DNA from: Planctomycetota bacterium
GTDB lineage: Bacteria; Planctomycetota; B15-G4
Reading direction: 5' to 3'
Assembly: GCA_965248575.1 (NCBI GenBank)
Contig: CBDFJQ010000002.1
Coordinates: 480,001-544,000, forward strand
DNA length: 64,000 nucleotides
Below, in pieces: positions 40,656 through 48,477 of this stretch. A program made the position numbers and the translations under genes. Position 1 is the stretch's first letter. The number at the start of each line of letters is the position of its first letter. Under the pieces are notes generated by a model. That model made no database searches. It had not been told where the DNA came from and was given only the letters and a program-made list of their open reading frames with translations.

Positions 40656-41833
40656 GCGGGGCTTCCTTGGTTCTGCTTCGTCGCTGCCGTGTCCCAGGGC
40701 CTCACGTCGCCCTCAGGGTTCTTGGTTGCCCAGTCCTCGTCCTGGTTGCGCTCCAGCACCTCGCCCTGCTCATCCACCCGGTCGTAGAACATGTTGCGCC
40801 GTGTGGGTGTGAAGCCTGCTGCCCGGATCTGCTTCTCCATCTCGGGGATGTCCGCCAGGCACTCGCAGTTGGCGGCCGAGACGACATTCTCTTCGATCAT
40901 CACCGAGCCCAGGTCGTTCATGCCGTATTGCAACGAGAGCCCGGCCATGTCGAGGCCCTGGGTCACGAAGCTGGCCTGGAAGTTGTCGATGTTGTCGATG
41001 AAGAGGCGACTCACGGCGGCCGTGCGCAGGTAGTCGAATCCGCCGGTCATGGGCGTGTCTTCCATCTGCGTGTGGGGCGCTTGGAACGTCCAGGAGATGA
41101 AGGCCGTGAAGCCTGCGGTCTCGTCCTGGAGATCGCGGATGCGGCGCATGTGCTCGACCCGCTCCTCAAGGGTCTCGACGTGCCCGAACATCATGGTCGC
41201 GGTGGTACGCAGCCCCTGCTTGTGGGCCTCGCGCATGACTTCCAACCACGGGTCCGACATGGTCTTGAGCGGGGAGATGAGCTTGCGCACCCGATCCACG
41301 AGGATCTCGCCGCCCCCACCGGGGATGGAATCGAGCCCTGCGGCCCGCATGCGCTGCAGCACTTCAGCCAGGGGCAGCTTGCTGACCTGGGCACAGTGCA
41401 GGATCTCGGAGCTGCTCAGGCCGTGGATGTGGATCGGCGCGTTTTGCTTGATCCCGCGGAACAGCGCCTCGTAGCGCTCGATGTCGTAGTCCGGGTGGTG
41501 CCCGCCCTGCAGCAGGATCTGCACACCCCCCAGGTCCCGGGTCTCGCGGATCTTCTCGTAGACCGTCTCGAGTGGGTGGTCGTAGCCCTCGGGGTCGCCC
41601 GGACGGCGATAGAAGGCGCAGAATTTGCACAGCGTGACGCACACATTGGTGTAGTTGATGTTGCGGTCGACGATGTAGCTGACCTCGTCCAGCGGGTGGC
41701 GCCGGCGGCGCACCGAATCGGCCAGCTGGCCCACGGCTGGGAGGTCGGGATGGCGCAGCAGCACCAGGGCGTCGTCTTCGCTGAGACGTTCCCCGGAGTG
41801 CACTTTTTCGGCAAGGGTGCGGAAGGTGGTCAT
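40652..41833 (-). CDS. mqnC: Cyclic dehypoxanthinyl futalosine synthase (radical SAM)
   Basis: YIVDRNINYTNVCVTLCKFCAFYR, LLQGGHHP, FISWTFQ, QASFVTQG, NDLGSVMIEENVVSAA. Confidence 0.92.
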   Translation of the reverse strand: MTTFRTLAEKVHSGERLSEDDALVLLRHPDLPAVGQLADSVRRRRHPLDEVSYIVDRNINYTNVCVTLCKFCAFYRRPGDPEGYDHPLETVYEKIRETRDLGGVQILLQGGHHPDYDIERYEALFRGIKQNAPIHIHGLSSSEILHCAQVSKLPLAEVLQRMRAAGLDSIPGGGGEILVDRVRKLISPLKTMSDPWLEVMREAHKQGLRTTATMMFGHVETLEERVEHMRRIRDLQDETAGFTAFISWTFQAPHTQMEDTPMTGGFDYLRTAAVSRLFIDNIDNFQASFVTQGLDMAGLSLQYGMNDLGSVMIEENVVSAANCECLADIPEMEKQIRAAGFTPTRRNMFYDRVDEQGEVLERNQDEDWATKNPEGDVRPWDTAATKQNQGSPA

Positions 41834-41898
41834 CGTGCAGGAACTCTAGCAATTCCGGGCCGCATGGGCCGCGTCGGGAAGTAGGCTTGTCGGCACCT

Positions 41899-42501
41899 AT
41901 GCCCTACTCCGAGAAACTCCAGCAAGCCGTCTCCCTGGCCTTGGATCTGCACAGCGGGCAGACCCGCAAGGGCGAGGGCGACATCCCGTATGTGACCCAT
42001 CTGTTTGCCGTGGCGTCCTTGGTGGGGGAACACGGGGGCGGCGAGGCGGAGATGATAGCCGCCCTGTTGCACGACGCACCGGAGGACCAGGGCGGCCACG
42101 CGACCCTGGAGCTGATCCGGAAACAGTTCGGGCAGGAAGTGGCGGAGATCGTGGCGGGCTGCACCGACACCTTCGACGACCCCAAGCCCCCCTGGCGCCC
42201 GCGCAAGCAGGCCTTCATCGACCAGATGGAGACCCAGAGCCGGGCGGTCCACCGGGTGTCTTGCGCGGACAAGCTGCACAACGCCCGCTGTACCCTCTCC
42301 GACCTCCGTGAAGAGGGGGCCGGGATCTGGGAGCGCTTCAGCGGAAAGCGCGACGAAACCCTCTGGTATTACAAGAGCCTGATCGCTGTCTACGACCGTC
42401 ACTTCGACTCGCCCCTGGTGCGGGCCCTGGCTGAGGTGGTGCACGACCTGGAGGCCGAGGCGGAGTACCGCAGCCTGCGGGAGCAGCGCAGGGGCTCTTG
42501 A
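41899..42501 (+). CDS. HD-domain protein, small alarmone hydrolase / Mesh1-like
   Basis: HSGQTRK...PYVTH, AALLHDAPED, ADKLHN. Confidence 0.85.
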   Translation: MPYSEKLQQAVSLALDLHSGQTRKGEGDIPYVTHLFAVASLVGEHGGGEAEMIAALLHDAPEDQGGHATLELIRKQFGQEVAEIVAGCTDTFDDPKPPWRPRKQAFIDQMETQSRAVHRVSCADKLHNARCTLSDLREEGAGIWERFSGKRDETLWYYKSLIAVYDRHFDSPLVRALAEVVHDLEAEAEYRSLREQRRGS

Positions 42502-42538
42502 GGGCAAGCGGGACGAGACGGCAGCGCGGCCGCAGGGG

Positions 42539-44002
42539 ATGGGCCGCGCCGGGTGGTATCGTGCGCCGCAGCAGGTCACGCGCTCCCCTTTGAGGCTCCC
42601 GGTGCTTCGAACCCTTGGTCTGGCTCTCTTGGCAGCAGCTCTCTTTCCAAGCTGCAAGTCGGTGGATTCCCAGCGGCTGGGGGGCGATGTCCTGCGGGAG
42701 GGCCCTGGAGTCTTGAGCGAATCCAACGCCCCCGCATGGCGTGCCTACATTCTTCCCGATGCGGCGGACATGGCCTACGCGTCGATCCCCTGGCACGTCA
42801 CCTTCGCCGACGGCCTGACTGCCGCTCGTGCCGAAGGCAAGCCGCTGCTCATGTGGGCCATGAACGGCCACCCCCTGGGGTGCACCTGAGGCAATGGTGT
42901 CGCGGGCCGGCGGTCTGTCTGGTCCAACGAAGACATTCAGCAGCTGACCCAAGCCTTCGTGCCCTGCGCTGACGAGGTCTGGCGCCTGCAGCGGGGTGAT
43001 GACGCGGAATGCCTGGCGTTCCGGGCCATGGCTGACAAGGGGCACTACCGCGGTAAGGGCGGCACGCGCCAAGGAATCTATGTGGCCTCGCCGGACGGAG
43101 AGTTGTTGGCTTCGGTCAACTCCCTGAACGCCGAGCGGGTGCTGGAGATGATGCACGCGGGTCTGGAAGCCTGGACAGCCCTGGAAGCCAAGGAAGCCCA
43201 AACTGAGAACTCGAGTGACGGCCCAGGCGCAGGAATCATCTCGCCTGCACACCGTTGGGAGATGAGCTACCCGGAGTCGGGGCTCGCCCTCGTGAGCCGC
43301 CTGCGAGATGTCCCGGAGAGCCTGGACCCGACGGAGCCTCAGGCGCCGAAATGGAATCAGGATCACGCATGGTTCAGCCAGGACGAGGCTCGCCAGCTCA
43401 TGCTCGCCCGCCAGTCCGTGTCGGACGCGCGCAGCCCCCGGGTGGGAGAGGCGTGGCGGCTGCCCTCCTTCTTTGTCGAGCGCCTGGCACGCTTCCACCT
43501 GTTGGACGCGGTGGTCGGGCAGGGACTCCCCTATGCGCCGAAGGAGATGGTGCTGAGTGAGCTGTGGGTGGAGGTGGTGTCCCTGCAGGACGGCCAGGTG
43601 AGCCTGCGACTGAGCGGCCGCAGCCGCGCGGATGCCGACGGTGTGTGGCGTCTCGGAGAAAACGACTGGACGCCCAAGCGGCCTTGGCCCAGGGGTATCG
43701 AGTGGGAGCTGCTGGGCCACGCCCGCTGGGATCCCACCGCGCAGCTGTTCACGCAGTTCGAGCTGTTGGGCCTGGCGGAGTGGTGGGGGCGCTCTCAGTT
43801 CAACGGACGGCGCGGGGAGGACCCGCGCGGGAGGATCGGTGCCGTGGTGTCCTTGGCGCCTGACCTGCCAGCGCACCGCGTGGCTCCGGCATTCGTCGAT
43901 CTCTACGAGGTTCCGTGGGTCTCCAAGCCAGCCGCACAGCAAGCGGACGCTGCGAACGGGATGGGGACCCGCGCAGACCAGGGAGCAACTCACGATGGGT
44001 GA
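42539..44002 (+). CDS. Putative selenoprotein: thioredoxin-like lipoprotein with in-frame UGA at 42887-42889
   Basis: Two same-frame ORFs joined by one TGA plus 23 sense codons. Readthrough gives a continuous Trx-like sequence AARAEGKPLLMW...GCTUGNG..RRSVWSNEDIQQL..AFVP. SECIS-like hairpin follows; lipobox LFPSC. True start is probably 42590 or 42602. Confidence 0.8.
42904..42925 (+). promoter_or_regulatory. Candidate bacterial SECIS element
   Basis: GGGCC-GGC-[GGUCU]-GUC-U-GGUCC hairpin; the apical loop begins after a 22-nt spacer from the UGA. Confidence 0.65.
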
Positions 44003-44399
44003 GACGTCCTACACGTGGAAGGCGGACAGCTGGTTTGGGCCGCTGTTCGGCTGCACGCTCTGGATCCTGATCCTCTCCGTCCAGGTCTGGGGCCGGGACG
44101 CCCTGGCTGGCGCAGGGGTCCTGCTCGCCTTCGTGCTGGCGAACACCCTGGGTCTCATGCTGTGGACGAAGCGTGAGGGATTGCGGGCCCACGCGGCCTT
44201 GCAATGGCAGCTGGGCGTGACCGGGCTCCTGGCGCTGGCTGCGCTGCTCTTGGTCGACCAACGGGTGGAGTTGGATCAGCCGAACGGCGTGCTCGGGACC
44301 TTCGCCAGCGGCACCCTCATGTACCTGGCCCTGTTGGTCTACCCCCTCCTGATGCTGGTGTTCTGGATCAGGGAACGGGCAGCGCAGCGCGCGGATTAG
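43995..44399 (+). CDS. Hypothetical membrane protein (about 4 TM)
   Basis: ATG at 43995 after GGGAG, overlapping the upstream stop; four hydrophobic segments. Confidence 0.7.
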   Translation: MGETSYTWKADSWFGPLFGCTLWILILSVQVWGRDALAGAGVLLAFVLANTLGLMLWTKREGLRAHAALQWQLGVTGLLALAALLLVDQRVELDQPNGVLGTFASGTLMYLALLVYPLLMLVFWIRERAAQRAD

Positions 44400-44524
44400 G
44401 CCGTTTTCGCCCGTTTGGCCCTCAGCCGCCAGAGAGCACCGGTCTGAGCCGGTTATTGCGTCCCTTGAACGGTTGACCGCACTGCGGCCACAATGCCCCG
44501 TTCGACTTCGTCCGGAGGCCACCC

Positions 44525-45856
44525 TTGTCCGCCAGTTCCATCGACCAGATCGTCAGCCTCGCCAAGCGCCGGGGTTTCGTCTTCCAGGCCAGCGAGATCT
44601 ACGGGGGCCTGGGCTCTTGTTGGGACTACGGGCCGCTAGGAGCCGAACTCAAGCGCAATGTGAAGGACGCCTGGTGGCGCTCCATGGTCTCCACACGGCG
44701 CGATGTGGAGGGGCTGGATTCGGCCATCCTCCAGCATCCGGACGTCTGGAAGGCCTCGGGCCACGTGGACACCTTTTCGGACCCCCTGGTGGACTGTCGC
44801 AAGTGCAAGGCGCGCTTTCGGGCCGATGACCTGGACGGAGCCACCTGCCCGGCGCGGCACAACGCCGCCTTGAACGATGAATGCCGCGAGAACTTCACCG
44901 AGCCGCGCGCCTTCAACCTGATGTTCCAGACACACCTCGGCCCCGTCGAGGGCTCGGCGAGCCTGGCCTACCTGCGGCCCGAGACGGCCCAGGGCATCTT
45001 CACGAACTTCCTGAACGTGATGACCAGCAGCCGCCGCAAGCCGCCCTTCGGCATCGCGCAGATCGGCAAGTCCTTCCGCAACGAGATCACGCCCGGGAAC
45101 TTCATCTTCCGGACCCGCGAGTTCGAGCAGATGGAGATGGAATTCTTCGTGCCGCCGGACGAGTGGGAGACCTGGTACAGCTACTGGCGCGAAGCCCGCA
45201 TGCAGTGGTACCTCGACCTGGGCATGAACGCGGCCAACCTGCGCTACAGGGATCACGACGGAGCGGAGCTGGCTCACTACGCCAAGGCGACCGCCGACAT
45301 CGAATACAAGCTGCCCATCGGCTGGAAGGAACTCGAGGGCGTCGCCTGTCGTTCCGATTTCGACCTGAAGGCTCACGCCGAAGCCTCCGGCAAGACCATC
45401 GAGTACTTCGACGGCCAGACGCGCGAGCGCTATGTGCCGTGGGTCATCGAGCCTGCAGCAGGAGTCGACCGCGCCGTGCTCTGCTTCCTCGTGGATGCCT
45501 TTGAAGAAGAGGAACTGGACGGGGACACGCGCACCGTGTTGCGCCTGCACCCGCGTCTGGCGCCCATCAAGGTGGCGATCTTCCCGCTCGTGAAGAAGGA
45601 CGGCATGCCCGAGTTGGCGATGGAGATCGAAGACAGCCTCCGTGCGCGCGGCATCGCAACCTTCTACGACCAGGGTGGCGCCATCGGGCGTCGCTATCGG
45701 CGACAGGACGAGGTGGGGACACCGTGGTGCATCACTGTTGATGGTGAGACGCAGGAACACGGCACGGTGACCTTGCGCGATCGCGACTCCATGCAGCAGG
45801 AGCGGGTGGCGGTGGCGGACCTGCCGAGCCTGATCACGGAGAGGCTCCAGGGCTGA
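44525..45856 (+). CDS. glyQS: Glycine--tRNA ligase, alpha2 type
   Basis: KRRGFVF..SEIYGG, YLRPETAQG, GKSFRNEITPGNFIFRTREFEQME, IGRRYRRQDEVGTP. GGAGG precedes the TTG start. Confidence 0.97.
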   Translation: MSASSIDQIVSLAKRRGFVFQASEIYGGLGSCWDYGPLGAELKRNVKDAWWRSMVSTRRDVEGLDSAILQHPDVWKASGHVDTFSDPLVDCRKCKARFRADDLDGATCPARHNAALNDECRENFTEPRAFNLMFQTHLGPVEGSASLAYLRPETAQGIFTNFLNVMTSSRRKPPFGIAQIGKSFRNEITPGNFIFRTREFEQMEMEFFVPPDEWETWYSYWREARMQWYLDLGMNAANLRYRDHDGAELAHYAKATADIEYKLPIGWKELEGVACRSDFDLKAHAEASGKTIEYFDGQTRERYVPWVIEPAAGVDRAVLCFLVDAFEEEELDGDTRTVLRLHPRLAPIKVAIFPLVKKDGMPELAMEIEDSLRARGIATFYDQGGAIGRRYRRQDEVGTPWCITVDGETQEHGTVTLRDRDSMQQERVAVADLPSLITERLQG

Positions 45857-45860
45857 TCTC

Positions 45861-47726
45861 TTGAGCGCAGACCTCCCAAAGATTCCAAGCAGTGCGCCCA
45901 GCAGTGTGCCTCCGGGCGCCTCAGGCACGTCGGGCACCGGTGGCGCGGGACGGATCGTGGTCACGGGTCTGCCTGTGGCTCCCGGTCTGGCCGTGGGCAC
46001 CCCCGTCTTCCATGACGAGGCGGACATCGACATCCCGGTCATCGCCTTGTCGGCCGAGGATGTGCCTGCCGAGCAGCGCCGCCTGGCGTCCGCCATTCGC
46101 ATGGCCAAGAAGGCCCTGGCGGATGTGGAGCACAGCATCGAGCGCGAGGTGGGGCGCCGGGACGCGCGCATCTTCTCGGTGCAAGGGCTGTTGTTGGACG
46201 ATCCCGCCTTTCGCAAGGCCATCCGCGAGCGCATCGCCAGCCAGCTGGTGAATGCCGAGGTAGCGGTGCGCGATGCCGTGGCCTCCTGGAGCGCGCGCCT
46301 TGCGGGTGTGGGCACGACGGCCGACCGCGACCCCGTGGCGGATCTGCGCGATGTGGGGCGGCAGCTGTTGCGGATCCTGGCGGGGCGCCCGGGTCCCGGC
46401 GCGGCGTCCGCGGTGGACGCCGCGGGGGCGGACGGCAGCAAGGTCGTGCTCGTCACGCGTGAGCTCTTGCCCTCGGATACAGCCACCCTGGATCGGCGAC
46501 GCCTGGCGGCGATCGTCACGGCGTCCGGAGGCGCGGCTTCGCACGCGGCGATCCTGGCACGTGGGCTGGGCATTCCCGCCGTCACGGACGTCGACGTGAG
46601 TTCGTTGCCTGCGTGCGGCGGCCCATGGATCGTCGATGGCGGGGAGGGGCGGGTGATCCTGAACCCCCAGGCCGAGGACCTCGCCCTGGCGGCACGCCAA
46701 TCTCAGCATTACCACGAAGTCCGCGAGGAGTTGGCAGCACGGGCCAGCGGCATGGTGCGCACCGCGGACGGTGTCGCCATCGAGCTGATGCTCAACGTGG
46801 AGAACTTCGACAGCGTGCACCCGGAGATGCTCTCCGGTCTACGTGGGGTGGGACTGTTCCGGACCGAATTCCTGTTCATGGATCGCACGTCCTTCCCCAG
46901 CGAGCAAGAGCAGTACGAGGACTATGTGGCGGCCCTGTCGCAGGTGGGTGACGCCGAGATCACCTTCCGCACCATCGATGTCGGTGGTGACAAGCCGCTG
47001 CCCTACTTCTCGCTGCCCACGGAACCCAACCCCGTCCTCGGCTGGCGTGGCCTGCGCTTGTCCCTGCAGTGGCCGGACATCTTCTACACCCAGATCCGGG
47101 CCCTGCTCAGGGCGTCGGCCCACGGTCGGGTGCGCATCCTGCTGCCCATGGTCACCATGATCGAGGAGTTCCGCAGGGCGCGCACCATGATCTCGCAGAT
47201 CCAGTCCGACATGACTGCTCACGGTCTGCCCTTCGACAAGGGTGTGCAGGTGGGGGCCATGGTCGAGGTGCCCGCTGCTGCCATGGCCGCGCGTTCCCTG
47301 GGCGAGGAAGCGGATTTCCTTTCGTTGGGTACCAACGACCTCTCCCAGTACGCCCTGGCCGTCGACCGTAACAACGCTCGGGTGGCGTCCCTCTATCAAC
47401 CCCTGCATCCAGGCATGGTGCAGTTGGTGAGGCAGGCTGTGGAAGGTGCGGCTCAAGCCGAGAGCCATCTGTCCGTCTGTGGAGAGATGGCGGGGGACCC
47501 CGACTCCGTCTTGCTGTTGCTCGGGCTCGGAGTGCGCTCGTTGAGCATGTCGCCCTACCACCTGCCCCTGGTTCGGCGGCTGCTGGGTGCGGTCACCCTC
47601 GACGAGGCGCGAATCGTCGCCGCTCAGGTTCTCGAACTGAACACTACCACCGAGATCCGCGCGGCGCTCCGGGGTCATGTGCTGCGCCTCGTTCCCGAGT
47701 TCTCCACGTTGCTGGCGCCGGTTTGA
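45861..47726 (+). CDS. ptsP: Phosphoenolpyruvate--protein phosphotransferase (PTS enzyme I)
   Basis: SHAAILAR phospho-His, GLFRTEFLF, RTIDVGGDK, EPNPVLGWRG, GTNDLSQY, CGEMAG. Confidence 0.93.
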   Translation: MSADLPKIPSSAPSSVPPGASGTSGTGGAGRIVVTGLPVAPGLAVGTPVFHDEADIDIPVIALSAEDVPAEQRRLASAIRMAKKALADVEHSIEREVGRRDARIFSVQGLLLDDPAFRKAIRERIASQLVNAEVAVRDAVASWSARLAGVGTTADRDPVADLRDVGRQLLRILAGRPGPGAASAVDAAGADGSKVVLVTRELLPSDTATLDRRRLAAIVTASGGAASHAAILARGLGIPAVTDVDVSSLPACGGPWIVDGGEGRVILNPQAEDLALAARQSQHYHEVREELAARASGMVRTADGVAIELMLNVENFDSVHPEMLSGLRGVGLFRTEFLFMDRTSFPSEQEQYEDYVAALSQVGDAEITFRTIDVGGDKPLPYFSLPTEPNPVLGWRGLRLSLQWPDIFYTQIRALLRASAHGRVRILLPMVTMIEEFRRARTMISQIQSDMTAHGLPFDKGVQVGAMVEVPAAAMAARSLGEEADFLSLGTNDLSQYALAVDRNNARVASLYQPLHPGMVQLVRQAVEGAAQAESHLSVCGEMAGDPDSVLLLLGLGVRSLSMSPYHLPLVRRLLGAVTLDEARIVAAQVLELNTTTEIRAALRGHVLRLVPEFSTLLAPV

Positions 47727-48112
47727 AGCTGGGCCACCGACTGCTGCTGCAGGGCACCCTGCTGGCGGCCGGCCTGACGACCGCGTGTACGAGTTGTCCA
47801 CCCAGTTGGGTCGCGCACACGCCGTCCGCGCCCGGCTGGATCTATGGGGCCGGCCAGTGTGCCGAGGTCTTCGTGGATGCCGATCGCACGGCCTTGGCCC
47901 TGAGCCGCGCAGCGCGAGTGCTGGCCGACGACCTGGGCCTTGCCCTCGAGCAGCGCTTGTCGGTGCGTTACCTGGACGGGCAGTTGTTCATCGAGGCCGT
48001 GGGCGAAGACGGTCCCGTGGATGCGCTTGCAGGGCTGGAGCTGGTCCACCTCACGACCTGTGAGGAGACGGTCTACGCGCTGCTACGACTGCCGAGCGAC
48101 GAGGGCGCTTGA
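47723..48112 (+). CDS. Hypothetical lipoprotein (LPP20-like)
   Basis: Lipobox LTTAC; PSWV...IYGAG...ALSRAARVLA pattern; overlaps both neighbours by 4 nt. Confidence 0.6.
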   Translation: MKLGHRLLLQGTLLAAGLTTACTSCPPSWVAHTPSAPGWIYGAGQCAEVFVDADRTALALSRAARVLADDLGLALEQRLSVRYLDGQLFIEAVGEDGPVDALAGLELVHLTTCEETVYALLRLPSDEGA

Positions 48113-48477
48113 AGCGCGGCGCCCGCAGCATCCGCGGAGCGCTGGGCACCTATCTCTGGGTGTCTTCGGCGGCCGTCGTGCTTTTGGGGCTGGTGCTCTG
48201 GATGCGGCCGGGGCTGCCTCCTGAACTCACGGAGCTGCGCATGTCGGACGGTTGGGAAGGGGCGCTGCTCGAACAGGACGGGCAGAGTTGGGAGCTGCGG
48301 CCCGGGTCCCCTCAACGGGTCCCGCCTGGGCGCTATCGCGTGACCCTGTTCGGTGCAGGTGCACCACCGGTCCGTCAGCAGCTGGAAGTGCTCGGCGAGT
48401 TCCTGGAGGTGGGTCTGGTCACCGAGCGTGAGGCGGGTGCCGCTCCCGCATCAGGCGACTCAACCGTCGGTCGTTGA
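48109..48477 (+). CDS. Hypothetical membrane-anchored protein
   Basis: N-terminal TM; PPGRYRVTL beta motif; 4-nt overlap with the upstream gene. Confidence 0.55.
   Translation: MKRGARSIRGALGTYLWVSSAAVVLLGLVLWMRPGLPPELTELRMSDGWEGALLEQDGQSWELRPGSPQRVPPGRYRVTLFGAGAPPVRQQLEVLGEFLEVGLVTEREAGAAPASGDSTVGR

Noticed and set aside
42959..44002. Independent 347-aa gene starting at GTG 42959
   Set aside because: It would start mid-thioredoxin fold without an evident RBS; better explained as the continuation after the UGA.
44400..44524. T-box or tRNA-like element before glyQS (GTTCGACT)
   Set aside because: The leader is too short, has no T-box motif, and the flanks do not form a T-stem.
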